Origin: a virus
IMG/VR virus record: IMGVR_UViG_3300042013_000056
Location: 1-64,000 of that record
Strand: one strand, 5' to 3'
Length of the DNA: 64,000 bases
A program made the position numbers and the translations under genes. Positions 1 through 9,623 of the stretch are shown piece by piece (positions within the stretch are counted from its first letter, which is position 1; every line of letters starts with the position of its first letter). Under the pieces are notes generated by a model. The model was given only the letters and a program-made list of their open reading frames with translations. It had not been told where the DNA came from and did not search any database.

Positions 1-242
1 ACAGCTTGCATTTCCACTTCTGGGTCTACGGGCTCGCCAGATTCGATTACAGGGGTTTCCGGGGTTGTGTTGGTAACGTCGCCTAGGTCTTCGCCGTCAG
101 CGTCAACAGAGAGCGTTACAGGAGCTTTGGAAACAGGCTCTAGATCGGTAACGACTTTTTCACCATCGATTACTTCGACTTTCGCCAGTTCTTGGGTTTT
201 TGCGGCTTCTGCCGCCAATACTGCGTTGGACTTACGGCCCAT
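1..242 (-). CDS. Acidic protein, probable Inh-like prohead protease inhibitor (5' part; runs off window)
   Basis: Not in ORF track. ATG at 242 reads MGRKSNAVLAAEAAKTQELAKVEVIDGE... open to the edge. Divergent from seg/uvsW, as inh is in T4. Confidence 0.45.
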   Translation of the reverse strand, partial: MGRKSNAVLAAEAAKTQELAKVEVIDGEKVVTDLEPVSKAPVTLSVDADGEDLGDVTNTTPETPVIESGEPVDPEVEMQA

Positions 243-253
243 TTTTCTACTCC

Positions 254-286
254 ACTAAATAAAGGATATTAATAACTGTATTTAGT
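254..286. promoter_or_regulatory. Divergent pair of T4-like late promoters (ACTAAATA)
   Basis: ACTAAATA on + at 254-261 and on - at 279-286; variant of T4 TATAAATA. Confidence 0.6.
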
Positions 287-917
287 GGGGTCTGGGATGG
301 CTAGTGGAATCTATCAAATTCGGAACACTCTGAATGACAAGGTTTACATTGGCAGTTCGATTGATTTGAAATTCCGTCAGATCGAACACTTCCGATACCT
401 TCGTGGTGGTTATCATGCAAACGTCAAGCTTCAACGAGCATTTGACCATTATGGTGATGCACTGGTGTTTGAGATTCTTGAATTGGTTCCGGTCGATGAT
501 TTGTTGATAGTTGAACAACGATATCTAGATCAATTGGACTTCCGAGCTAACTACAACATTGCAACCACGGCTGGTTCACCAATGAAGAATCGAAAGCATA
601 CAGATGATTCAAAGCAACGTATGTCGGTAAATACCAGTGGTGATAAGAACCCAATGTACGGTGTTCAATCTCCTATGATGGGTCGTCGTCACACCGAAGC
701 TGTCAAGAAACAAATATCAAAACAACATACTGGTTCTGGCAACCCAATGTACGGTAAATCTGGTGCATTAAGCCCAACCAGCAAGAAAATAATTGTGGAT
801 GGTGTTCAATACGATTCGATAACCCTAGCAAGCATTGCAATTGGTGTTTCACGGAAAGTTGTTGAGTATCGAATTAAATCTGTGAAATATCCGGGCTATC
901 AAAAATGTACGACGTAA
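285..917 (+). CDS. GIY-YIG homing endonuclease (Seg-like) with NUMOD3-type repeats; likely start 297
   Basis: GIYQIRN...KVYIGSS motif; repeated KNPMYG/GNPMYGK; occupies the position of T4 segE. Confidence 0.9.
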   Translation: MGSGMASGIYQIRNTLNDKVYIGSSIDLKFRQIEHFRYLRGGYHANVKLQRAFDHYGDALVFEILELVPVDDLLIVEQRYLDQLDFRANYNIATTAGSPMKNRKHTDDSKQRMSVNTSGDKNPMYGVQSPMMGRRHTEAVKKQISKQHTGSGNPMYGKSGALSPTSKKIIVDGVQYDSITLASIAIGVSRKVVEYRIKSVKYPGYQKCTT

Positions 918-2383
918 TAATTAAACAATATGATGAATCGTTCATATCGGTTACCGGTGAACCATCGGTTCGCTATGACCTACATGATAAATTCAAGTTC
1001 TATGTTGATGGGTCTGAATTTTCACCGAAAGTGCGCTATGGTGTGTGGGATGGTTTTATTCGACTGTACAACATACAACAACAACTTTTGCCAAAAGGCT
1101 TGCTGCTTGAACTGTTGCAATACTGCAAACAGGAAGGTTACAGCGTAGAATTTGACAAAACCCTGATCCCACAGAAGATCGACAAAGAACATTATGATGC
1201 TTGGTTGGATTCAAAAACCATTCTAGCCAAGGGTAATAGTATCAAACCACACTGGTATCAGTATGATGCGGTTCTGCATGGTCTGAATAAACAACGTGCG
1301 TTGCTGAAACTCCCGACATCTGCCGGTAAGTCTCTGATCATTGCACTGTTAACCCGCCATGAATTCGAAGCTGGTGGTAGAATCCTGATTCTCGTTCCAA
1401 CCGACGTTCTGCGTCAACAGATGAACGAAGACCTTTTGGACTACGGTTTGTTTGATGAAAGCGATATTCATGTTCTAGACCCGAAGGCGAAGAAAGCCAC
1501 CCAAGGGTTTAAACGAATCGTTATCACAACATGGCAGACCGCCGTTAAGAAAGACAAAGATTGGATGGAACAGTTCACCATGCTATTGAACGATGAAGTT
1601 CACCTAGCAACCGGTAAGAGCTTACAAACCATCAACGAGAAGATGACTGATGCTGCATATAAGATTGGTTTGACAGGTACACTGAAAGATACAAAGTGCC
1701 ATATCATGCAATTGATCGCACTGTTCGGGCCTGTATTTGCTCCGATCACTACCCGCCAGATGATTGACGAAGGTTCTGCATCGGCTATTGGTGTTCATGG
1801 TTTCGTACTTGAGTATAAACCAGAAGAACGTAAATCTGTTAAGGACATGAAATACCCGGAAGAAATCGACTTCATTGTCAATCACGAAAGAAGAAATGAT
1901 TTTGTGGTGAAACTGGCAAGCGCGTTCAAGGATGAAAACACCATTGTGTTGTTCCATCGAGTTGAACACGGGAAGATACTGTACAAGAAAGCTGTTAAAG
2001 CTCTTGAGGGCACCGGTAGGAAGGTTTATCTGATCTTCGGTGGCACGGCCAAGGATCATCGTACTGAGGCTAAGAAGAACCTAGAGAACGAAACAGGGTC
2101 TATCGTAATTGCATCATACGGTGTGTTCGCCACAGGGGTATCGATCAACAACCTGCACAACGCGATTTTCGCACACCCGACTAAGAGCAAGATCATTTCG
2201 TTGCAGTCTCTAGGTCGTCTGTTGCGTAAACATGCATCCAAACTCAAAGCAAGGATGTTTGATATTGTGGATGATATTAGTCATGGTAAAGCCCATAACT
2301 ACGCGTACAAACATGGTGTTGAACGATTGAAATTTTACACCCAAGAAGAACACGAACTAACTGTCAAGAAGGTACAAATTTGA
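905..2383 (+). CDS. uvsW: UvsW SF2 DNA helicase
   Basis: LPTSAGKS Walker A, DEVH, QSLGRLLR motif VI; T4 synteny. Confidence 0.95.
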   Translation: MYDVIIKQYDESFISVTGEPSVRYDLHDKFKFYVDGSEFSPKVRYGVWDGFIRLYNIQQQLLPKGLLLELLQYCKQEGYSVEFDKTLIPQKIDKEHYDAWLDSKTILAKGNSIKPHWYQYDAVLHGLNKQRALLKLPTSAGKSLIIALLTRHEFEAGGRILILVPTDVLRQQMNEDLLDYGLFDESDIHVLDPKAKKATQGFKRIVITTWQTAVKKDKDWMEQFTMLLNDEVHLATGKSLQTINEKMTDAAYKIGLTGTLKDTKCHIMQLIALFGPVFAPITTRQMIDEGSASAIGVHGFVLEYKPEERKSVKDMKYPEEIDFIVNHERRNDFVVKLASAFKDENTIVLFHRVEHGKILYKKAVKALEGTGRKVYLIFGGTAKDHRTEAKKNLENETGSIVIASYGVFATGVSINNLHNAIFAHPTKSKIISLQSLGRLLRKHASKLKARMFDIVDDISHGKAHNYAYKHGVERLKFYTQEEHELTVKKVQI

Positions 2384-2568
2384 TGAAAAGCGATTTGGAA
2401 CTATACATCGAGTCCTTTGCCCCACCGGGTATGGACTCATGGATTCAGAGCAACACACAAGCATTTATTGATCAACATGGACCGAACGAATATGAAGCGT
2501 TCCTGTTGAGTGCTGCATGGACCATGTATCGTAGAATCTACCGCGATCCAGAAGTGATGTCGCAATAA
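2380..2568 (+). CDS. Hypothetical protein
   Basis: Overlaps uvsW stop; ends at terminator. Confidence 0.55.
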   Translation: MMKSDLELYIESFAPPGMDSWIQSNTQAFIDQHGPNEYEAFLLSAAWTMYRRIYRDPEVMSQ

Positions 2569-2594
2569 AAAAGGGGCCAATTGGCCCCTTTTTT
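2567..2594. terminator. Bidirectional intrinsic terminator
   Basis: Perfect palindrome AAAAAAGGGGCCAATTGGCCCCTTTTTT between convergent genes. Confidence 0.9.
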
Positions 2595-2595
2595 A

Positions 2596-2841
2596 TTAAT
2601 TGTCGATTGTCCCACAACCGTTGAATCGTTTCCCATCCGACATAACAAAGCCGCTTGGGTCAACGTACACATGACCATCACGACAAAGCTCGTTGTTTAC
2701 GGTGACTGTAGCTGGCCCTGAAATATAAATTCCATGTGCTACAAGATATGTGTGAATCGCTGTAGCAACTTCATCACCGGTCAGTTTGATGCTAACGCCG
2801 GGGCCGAACTGGGTTTTGCCTCTACCGTGTTTCACTTTCAT
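2596..2841 (-). CDS. Hypothetical protein
   Basis: ORF in minus-strand operon. Confidence 0.7.
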   Translation of the reverse strand: MKVKHGRGKTQFGPGVSIKLTGDEVATAIHTYLVAHGIYISGPATVTVNNELCRDGHVYVDPSGFVMSDGKRFNGCGTIDN

Positions 2842-2845
2842 TTAT

Positions 2846-3118
2846 TTACCGCTCAATCAAATGTGCATGTTTTCTACGCGATTCCATCAAAGGTTCTCTC
2901 AGTTCCTCTGCATCCATGGACATACGCCCATCGCGAACCTGTAGAGTTTTGATCTTTTTGATGGCGTCCATGAATTCTTCATCTTCCTTAATCTGACGCG
3001 CAGATCGTTTAGGAAGTCTGGAACCGAAGGGAATCCAATCGAAAATCATTAGATTTTCCAACTGAAACTGATCGGACTTGTATTGACATACAATTTGGTT
3101 CCGAACACAGCTACCCAA
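2846..3118 (-). CDS. Hypothetical protein (true start probably near 3049)
   Basis: ORF in operon. Confidence 0.55.
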   Translation of the reverse strand: MGSCVRNQIVCQYKSDQFQLENLMIFDWIPFGSRLPKRSARQIKEDEEFMDAIKKIKTLQVRDGRMSMDAEELREPLMESRRKHAHLIER

Positions 3119-3190
3119 CCATCAACGCGAGTTCCAGTGTTATAACTGATAGCGAACCGCCAAAATTTCTTCTTATACCAACGCATTTAA

Positions 3191-3631
3191 TCACATCCCA
3201 TTCTGGAACTTCAACAGTTCAATTTGATTTCGAATCGCAAACCCACGATCTTTCATAAGATCGCACGCCTTGATGAAGAATTCAATTTTCAATTCTATCA
3301 TACTCAATTCTTTTTGTTTTGCAATACATTGCGAATCGCCTTCAAGGTTAAACTTGATTGCGGTGCGATCTAGGTTGTACTCAAACACGTCTTTACCGAT
3401 ACCGGCATAGTAGTTGTACCGATCCCGTTCCAACACCTTCAATTCGCTCTGTGCGCGCTTATAGACCGCCCTACAGCCAAGTAACTGACTAAACCACCAA
3501 GCATGCTTGTTCAGGTTGCTAGAAGTTTCTTCCAGTAGGTTTGATGGGTCGATTCGCAATTCTGCGTCAAGCTTCGCCTGTAGATCACTCAGGGTCGTTG
3601 GTTTGTTGTTTTTTGTGCTTGGTGTGTCCAT
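3191..3631 (-). CDS. uvsY: UvsY recombination mediator
   Basis: Coiled coil ending ...KDRGFAIRNQIELLKFQNG, as in UvsY; converges on uvsW. Confidence 0.9.
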   Translation of the reverse strand: MDTPSTKNNKPTTLSDLQAKLDAELRIDPSNLLEETSSNLNKHAWWFSQLLGCRAVYKRAQSELKVLERDRYNYYAGIGKDVFEYNLDRTAIKFNLEGDSQCIAKQKELSMIELKIEFFIKACDLMKDRGFAIRNQIELLKFQNGM

Positions 3632-3725
3632 TCTTACTCCGCTTCTTTTTGTCTGGAACAGTAACCGGGCGGTTAAAATCTTCCATAAATGTTGCTACTG
3701 GGTTTCTCATTCGCCCGGTTGCCAT
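3585..3725 (-). CDS. Small basic protein (46 aa)
   Basis: Not in track: MATGRMRNPVATFMEDFNRPVTVPDKKKRSKNGHTKHK...; resembles small ORFs next to uvsY in T4-like phages. Confidence 0.6.
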   Translation of the reverse strand: MATGRMRNPVATFMEDFNRPVTVPDKKKRSKNGHTKHKKQQTNDPE

Positions 3726-3729
3726 TGTA

Positions 3730-3909
3730 TCAATCCTCTAATTGGGTGCTGAAATGATATGCTGATTCTTTCATCAGCCGAACCCGACGTGCAATTCGGT
3801 TACATCGGGCCAGTGTTTTGCGTTCATGGATTGTCTTTCGTGTGGTGATGTTATTAATCCATTTGTCTGGAATTACAACCTCTTTACCACGTCGGATTCG
3901 GGTTTTCAT
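3730..3909 (-). CDS. Small basic protein (59 aa)
   Basis: Not in track: MKTRIRRGKEVVIPDKW...; overlaps upstream stop. Confidence 0.55.
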   Translation of the reverse strand: MKTRIRRGKEVVIPDKWINNITTRKTIHERKTLARCNRIARRVRLMKESAYHFSTQLED

Positions 3910-4124
3910 GCCTGTTCGGCTTCCTGTTCAGTTGCAAACAAAATGTCAGCGTCATTTTCATCAAACATATAGATGTAATCGCCTGAATCTGTGCATTCGA
4001 CTACCAGCTTACCGTCGCATACGGATGGGTTGCCGTATGCTTTAAAATCGTGAACCTTGCCGGTCTTCGGGTCTTTCGCCCAGAAGACCTGACTGTTTTT
4101 AATGTCTTTGATTTGCAGCATCAA
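3906..4124 (-). CDS. Hypothetical protein
   Basis: Translationally coupled ORF. Confidence 0.7.
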   Translation of the reverse strand: MMLQIKDIKNSQVFWAKDPKTGKVHDFKAYGNPSVCDGKLVVECTDSGDYIYMFDENDADILFATEQEAEQA

Positions 4125-4723
4125 ATTACCCGATGGTAGGATGGTTTGTACAGTTGAATCAAATTGCTCAGTTCCTGCCAGTTGTTTGCAACCAACGAAT
4201 TGGTAATATCAACCCGATGATCCACTTTCAAACGAATCGCGGTATGTCCAGCGTTTTGAGCTTCCAAAATGTGGCTTGGCGAATCATCAATGAAAATTGT
4301 GTGATCGAACTTGGACAGGATTTCGAACTTGGATTTGTTTAATCCAACGCAATGCAGCTCAGTAAATGCGCCCGGATACCAGAATTCCAAGTTCTGCATA
4401 CGCAATGCATGGGTGATCGGGCTATCCAACACCGCTGTGACACCAATGAAATTGTATTTATGCTTCAAGCTATTGACTGCCAGCAAAGCATCCTTGTACG
4501 GGCTCAGGAATCCCATGTACTTGGATTCTTGGTACTCGGTTGCCAATGCGGTTGCGGTTTCAGTATCAACCCCAAACAGTTCTTCGAACGTGCGGTATTC
4601 ACCACTGGCATACATCCTGATAGCCTGTTCTGTTGGATAGCCCTTTTTCTCCATGAAATATGGGAACCGAGACATCCAATCCAGAACAACGCCGTCAACA
4701 TCACACAAAATTACTGGTTTCAC
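4121..4723 (-). CDS. HAD-family phosphatase, T4 gp30.2-like
   Basis: ILCDVDGV motif I and FIDDSP motif IV; near ligase. Confidence 0.85.
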   Translation of the reverse strand: MKPVILCDVDGVVLDWMSRFPYFMEKKGYPTEQAIRMYASGEYRTFEELFGVDTETATALATEYQESKYMGFLSPYKDALLAVNSLKHKYNFIGVTAVLDSPITHALRMQNLEFWYPGAFTELHCVGLNKSKFEILSKFDHTIFIDDSPSHILEAQNAGHTAIRLKVDHRVDITNSLVANNWQELSNLIQLYKPSYHRVI

Positions 4724-5043
4724 TTGCCATTCCTATCGATTGATTCAGCCCATGATACCGCAACCGCAGCACATTGCACAAGTTCTGTTCGAAGTTTAAT
4801 TAAATTGCCGGTTGTTTTTGCTTCATCAACCGCTTCAAACACTTCCTCAAGAAAAATGTCAAGCCAACTGAGTGTTCCTTTCTTGGCTTTTTCATCACAG
4901 TGGTGTTTGAAATAATCACCATCAGCTTCAACCAGTGGCAAACTACTTGACAATGCACCCATTGTATAGCTTGGGTGGTTTTGTTGGCCCCATTTGGTGA
5001 CTTGTCGGGACATTTCTGCCCCGACTTCATCAAGAACACTCAT
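4720..5043 (-). CDS. MazG-like nucleotide pyrophosphohydrolase
   Basis: EEVFEA...ELVQCAAVAVSW motif. Confidence 0.75.
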   Translation of the reverse strand: MSVLDEVGAEMSRQVTKWGQQNHPSYTMGALSSSLPLVEADGDYFKHHCDEKAKKGTLSWLDIFLEEVFEAVDEAKTTGNLIKLRTELVQCAAVAVSWAESIDRNGK

Positions 5044-6395
5044 TTCAAACTCACACTAGATTTTTTGGTTTGCAACTCGTCAAGCGAATTGGCAACTGTT
5101 TTGTCTGGACGCAGAACTGTGAATACTGGCAGGAACAGACTGTAAACATCGGACCCACGGCGTTTTACAATACCGTTGTATTCGATTTCAGCAATAGAAC
5201 CGCCGATTGTGTGACGGTTAGCCCAGAACCACGCACGTTCATCATCAGACATACCAGACGCATCGACGAACAATTGACGGCAACTGGTTGAACAGCGCAA
5301 TGCACCGGCAATCTCAGCGTACTTCTTACCAGCTTTACCCGGCATAACTTCCATGATTTCAAGGTCAGCGGTCATTACCTGTTTGAACTTGACTTGGTTC
5401 TTCGAACGCGCATCTTCCCACAGACCATCAAAGTTCTTGAGAATGATGCCTTCAAGGTCTTGTTCGATGTACTTGGTATAGATTGCAACAGCTTCGTCCA
5501 AGTTGTTCACGACGTGAGTTTCAATCACGGTGGTAAACTTGTCATGGTTCAACAGATTCAGTGCTTCGAGTCGATGTTTGTAACCATCTTTCGAAATACC
5601 GGCTTGCCATTGTTCGTAAGGGATCAAATCCCAAACTTGGAAGTTCAGTTTCGATTCTTCTTCTGGACTGATCGAACCTTTTACCGCTTTGTTGTAGATA
5701 CCGTTACCAGTAGCACGGTCAACCACACCAGAATCATCGATTGATACAATCTCGCCGTCAACAACCCAAGTACCGGTCCAGCTATCCGGGAACAGTGAAA
5801 GCATTTTGTCGGCTGTTTCTTTGCTCAGGAAGACTTCGTTGCCTTTCCGGGTCCAGAATGAAACAGAACGTTGGATAAGATCGACGATAACCTGTGTACG
5901 GCTGCCATCGGCCTTGAGCTGTGCGTAAGCTGGATACTTGATCTTGGCTAAGGCTTTGTCGGAAAACGACGTAGCGAGCATCACAGCGAACCGTGGGACC
6001 ATCCCCGGCCATACCTTGTCAGCCGAACCATCACCGGCACCGATACGCAGATCACGACCGATTACACGGCGAACCACTTCGGCATCACGTTCTGAACACT
6101 GTTCTAACAGATGTTGAACCCATTCGATTGCAGCATGACCAGTCTTTTGACGGCCAGCCAGAACGATAGGTAACAGTTTCAACGCAGCTTCGAGGGTGTA
6201 ATTGCCTTCGTATTTGGTTGCTTGTGGGAGTTTTTTGATATAGAAACTGATCAGGCCGTTCAGTGCCAGATAGAAGGCTTGTTTCAGATCGGGGTTGTCT
6301 TTGTTGGCTTCAAGGATCGCCAATTTATCGAGCTTGCCGGGAACGCTGGCTACAGCTTCGAGGATGCTAAGCACATCAGGATATTGTGTTGTCAT
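5040..6395 (-). CDS. 30: ATP-dependent DNA ligase (gp30)
   Basis: QLKADG motif I, VDGEI, EGIILK, QVKFK. Confidence 0.95.
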   Translation of the reverse strand: MTTQYPDVLSILEAVASVPGKLDKLAILEANKDNPDLKQAFYLALNGLISFYIKKLPQATKYEGNYTLEAALKLLPIVLAGRQKTGHAAIEWVQHLLEQCSERDAEVVRRVIGRDLRIGAGDGSADKVWPGMVPRFAVMLATSFSDKALAKIKYPAYAQLKADGSRTQVIVDLIQRSVSFWTRKGNEVFLSKETADKMLSLFPDSWTGTWVVDGEIVSIDDSGVVDRATGNGIYNKAVKGSISPEEESKLNFQVWDLIPYEQWQAGISKDGYKHRLEALNLLNHDKFTTVIETHVVNNLDEAVAIYTKYIEQDLEGIILKNFDGLWEDARSKNQVKFKQVMTADLEIMEVMPGKAGKKYAEIAGALRCSTSCRQLFVDASGMSDDERAWFWANRHTIGGSIAEIEYNGIVKRRGSDVYSLFLPVFTVLRPDKTVANSLDELQTKKSSVSLK

Positions 6396-6419
6396 TAATG
6401 CCTCTTGAATAGTGAAGAC

Positions 6420-6460
6420 ATAATAACAAAAAAGCCCACCGAACTAAACATTCGGTGGGC
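6420..6460 (-). promoter_or_regulatory. Terminator hairpin overlapping an early promoter
   Basis: 10-bp stem GCCCACCGAA/TTCGGTGGGC plus U-tract; -35 TTTAGT (6443-6448) in the loop, 17-bp spacer, -10 TATTAT (6420-6425). Confidence 0.75.
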
Positions 6461-6468
6461 CTATAATT

Positions 6469-7272
6469 TTACCGCTGTGTGTTGTATGCGTGGACTACGG
6501 TGAAGGCCAGTTCAGAACGGGTCTTCGAGTCTTCCAGTGGGAATGTGAACCAATCTACCATCGGATAGAACGATTCGCCATTTGATGCAATGAATTTGGA
6601 CTTAGCATTCGCCAAGCCGTTTCGGGTTGTATCAGTCACGTACAACTGTGTTGGGTCGCCTGCTACTACAATCTTGGTATTTTTACCAGCACGTTCAAGC
6701 AACAGTTTCATGATCATCGGTTGAATTTGTTGTGCTTCATCAATCAGAACCAACGCATTGTCCCACGTTGCACCAAGGCAATAGTTAGGGATTTTGAAGA
6801 AAATTCGATTGTTCATGTCGCATTCAACCTTGCCTTTCCCAAGCAACAGATTCAGGGCGTCCTTGGCTGATGCAAAGTGAGGTTCGATTTTGTCATCCAG
6901 ACCATTTGGCAGGAAGCCGATTTTATCAGCCCCAGCTTCTACGGGTGTACGAATGACGATCAACTGTTTGGTGTTATCTGCCAGATACTGTTCAACGAAC
7001 TCTGCCAGAATGCCAGTGGTTTTACCTGTACCCGCAGTACCTTCAACAAAGATCAGGTCTTTCGATTTGATCAAATTGCCTACGGTCTTTTGGGATGTTG
7101 TCAAATCGAGTTTTTTACCTACCATCACCGCAGCCAGTTGATTCCGGTTACGGCGTCTAGGGGTTTGATCCAAACCCTGATCTAGACCTTGTTCAAACGC
7201 AGTCAGGTATGATTTCACGTCAGCACGTTCTTTACGGGTAGGTTTACGATTTTGTGTACTTTTAGCGCCCAT
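6469..7272 (-). CDS. phoH: PhoH-family ATPase
   Basis: GTAGTGKT, LIDEAQ, VAGDPTQ. Confidence 0.92.
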   Translation of the reverse strand: MGAKSTQNRKPTRKERADVKSYLTAFEQGLDQGLDQTPRRRNRNQLAAVMVGKKLDLTTSQKTVGNLIKSKDLIFVEGTAGTGKTTGILAEFVEQYLADNTKQLIVIRTPVEAGADKIGFLPNGLDDKIEPHFASAKDALNLLLGKGKVECDMNNRIFFKIPNYCLGATWDNALVLIDEAQQIQPMIMKLLLERAGKNTKIVVAGDPTQLYVTDTTRNGLANAKSKFIASNGESFYPMVDWFTFPLEDSKTRSELAFTVVHAYNTQR

Positions 7273-7282
7273 CGGTTTCGCC

Positions 7283-7765
7283 TTATTTGGTTAAGCGTTT
7301 CAAATGAATTGAATATAGCTTGGTCAGGTCGGTCTTTGTCGCCTTTGCATCAAAGGCAACGCCAAGTGATACTAGTTTTTGTTCTTGTTCTGATTTATTT
7401 AGTCCTTTGAACTTTTTTACTTGGTCCAAAAGATGTTGTGGGTGTAATGGATTATCACCCGAGTTGAGTGCCAAATAAACACTCAGACCCTTTAACCATT
7501 CAAAATAAATCGCCGGGTCACCACCCATGCGTCTATAGACGGACTTGAGTTTACCTTCGGTTCGGTTGCAATGGCTGTGTAAGGCTCCACGGACGTGGCC
7601 TGTATCGTGACAGTGATCCAAGTGTATCTTGGATGTATCAGCCCCCAGAGGATAGCCACAGAGCTTACAAAGTCCTTTCTGTTCAGCGATCAGATGTGCT
7701 TTGTATTTCTTGGCTTGGGTGGGAGTGAGTTGTTTAGGAAAGTTGGACAAACGAAAATACCCCAT
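7283..7765 (-). CDS. Recombination endonuclease VII-like nuclease
   Basis: CKLC...LDHCH..GHVRGALHSHCN motif; ACTAAATA late promoter at 7786-7793. Confidence 0.85.
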   Translation of the reverse strand: MGYFRLSNFPKQLTPTQAKKYKAHLIAEQKGLCKLCGYPLGADTSKIHLDHCHDTGHVRGALHSHCNRTEGKLKSVYRRMGGDPAIYFEWLKGLSVYLALNSGDNPLHPQHLLDQVKKFKGLNKSEQEQKLVSLGVAFDAKATKTDLTKLYSIHLKRLTK

Positions 7766-7795
7766 TGGAATTGATCCATATGGGGTATTTAGTCG

Positions 7796-8071
7796 TTACA
7801 GAAGAATGATTCGACCAGATTCAGCTTCTTTCACTTCAAGCAGACCGGGTTTCATTTCAATGAATGCACCATCTTTAGCTTGACGTACCGTCATGTAGTT
7901 CAGGATAAACCCGGCCCACATACACATAATGTCATCTGCCACGTAAGACCCATCAGGGTTGCGGCTGAAATTATGTGGCGCAGCTTCGGCACAGAATACA
8001 TTCATCGATTCTTCAAATCGAGCATGCAGGGCAATATCAATCTGTGCGAGTTGTTCTTTGGTGTAGTTCAT
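7796..8071 (-). CDS. Hypothetical protein
   Basis: ORF in operon. Confidence 0.65.
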   Translation of the reverse strand: MNYTKEQLAQIDIALHARFEESMNVFCAEAAPHNFSRNPDGSYVADDIMCMWAGFILNYMTVRQAKDGAFIEMKPGLLEVKEAESGRIILL

Positions 8072-8252
8072 TGCTTGGTTCTAACCTCAAAATAATCACC
8101 TTTACACACTTCACGGGCTGGATTTACATCTAACCCCCAAGGATATTCACGACCTGTGATTTCGGTTCGTTTGGCTAGAACTTCTGTTTTAACACAGAAT
8201 GGTTCCATATCCATATCCATGCCGCAACTATTGCAGCTTGTGCAGCGTTCGA

Positions 8253-8699
8253 TTAGACCATATCCTTATACAGTGGTAAATGCCCTGTGATTTTATCAAT
8301 TACAGAACGTTCAGCGGGACCGATTGCGATACAGGTCAGGTTGTGTTCACCGTTGTACACGGTGCGGCCTGTATCAATGATTTTGGAACACGGCAGACCA
8401 GCACGTTGCGCTTCTGCATACAGGATTTCGATATCCATTTCCGAATTAATCCCAAGGACTGCTTTCGGAAAGGATTCTCTCATCCAATATTCCATTGCTT
8501 CGGATACTTTCGGGAACTCGAACTTGTTAAACGGTTCATTTTCACGATTAGATTGATAATTATCAATCCAAGTACCTATATCAAGGAACACTTTGATGCT
8601 TGCATGAGCAACTTGTGCAGCAAGTTTGCCACTCGGCATGCGTAAATCACGCCGAGCGACAATCACTTGTTTGGGGTCTGTAAATCCGCCCCGGCTCAA
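8253..8699 (-). CDS. Peptidyl-tRNA hydrolase, Pth2 family
   Basis: KQVIVARRDLRMPSGKLAAQVAHAS...DTGRT...TCIAIGP. Confidence 0.92.
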   Translation of the reverse strand: MSRGGFTDPKQVIVARRDLRMPSGKLAAQVAHASIKVFLDIGTWIDNYQSNRENEPFNKFEFPKVSEAMEYWMRESFPKAVLGINSEMDIEILYAEAQRAGLPCSKIIDTGRTVYNGEHNLTCIAIGPAERSVIDKITGHLPLYKDMV

Positions 8700-9254
8700 T
8701 TACGCCTGCTTTTTCAGTTGCGGACGTTTCAGACCGGTTGGCTTACCAGCACGTTTCGGTGCAGCGGTTTTATCCGCTTTAGCCATGGCGCGTTGTTTCG
8801 CCAGATCACGTTCAGCCTTGGTCAACTTCGGCTTGGCGAACAGCTTGCCTTTACGGTCGTACAGGGCTTCGTTAGCCGCAGCACGGGCCTTGCGGGCACC
8901 TTCTTGAACACGCTTGCCGAGTGCCGAGATACGGCCATTCAACAGGTTCAACGAACGGTTCTTGATGGTCGCGGCTTCGCGAGTCACTTGTTTCAGGTCG
9001 ATCATTTGTTCCGCCAGAGCCATCTGGTCACGTTCACCCACAAATGGGTTGAGGCGTGCGCCCATACGCTTCGGTTCTTTACGTCCGGTATGGTCGCGGG
9101 CTGTTTTCACAGCGGCAGTTGCTTGGGAATCACTTGGGTGTTTCTTCAAGTGACGTTGAATTTTTGCCAGCTTGTTTTTGCCCGCTTTGATCACAGCCTT
9201 GTAAGCGGTGGCTTGAGCTTTCTTGGATGCGGATGCGGACTTTTTAACGGCCAT
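8700..9254 (-). CDS. Very basic Lys/Ala-rich protein
   Basis: KIQRHLKKHPSD motif; strong SD and biased codon use. Confidence 0.8.
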   Translation of the reverse strand: MAVKKSASASKKAQATAYKAVIKAGKNKLAKIQRHLKKHPSDSQATAAVKTARDHTGRKEPKRMGARLNPFVGERDQMALAEQMIDLKQVTREAATIKNRSLNLLNGRISALGKRVQEGARKARAAANEALYDRKGKLFAKPKLTKAERDLAKQRAMAKADKTAAPKRAGKPTGLKRPQLKKQA

Positions 9255-9344
9255 CTGGTGTAACTCCTAAAGATTTATTTGGTGTCTCAGTTATTGAGAA
9301 CACTTTATCACAGTTTTTGTTCAGTTTTAAACATTAAAACAGAA

Positions 9345-9623
9345 TCAGTCGTTCAACATTTCTTTTGTCTTAAACAGATTCATATATCGCGGATGTTCTG
9401 CCATGAATTTCCGGGAGTAAAACGCGATATAGTTGTTGCTAATCTTGTATTTCGTACCGCTGGTCAACACTTCGGCTTCCCAACGTATGCGGTTCACTAT
9501 GAGCCAAGCGGACAATTTAGTTTTGCCAGACTTGATTGCTTCAAACGTGAATCGCTCAAACAGTTCGTAGAAGTTCGGATTCTTTCGATCCCAGATTTCC
9601 CACGATTCTCTCATTGTTGCCAT
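9345..9623 (-). CDS. Conserved phage hypothetical protein
   Basis: NP.FY.LF.RF...I.NRIRWE...KISNNY.A.YSR pattern. Confidence 0.75.
   Translation of the reverse strand: MATMRESWEIWDRKNPNFYELFERFTFEAIKSGKTKLSAWLIVNRIRWEAEVLTSGTKYKISNNYIAFYSRKFMAEHPRYMNLFKTKEMLND

Noticed and set aside
2380-2568. UvsW.1 assignment
   Set aside because: The position fits, but there is no visible similarity to the acidic T4 UvsW.1
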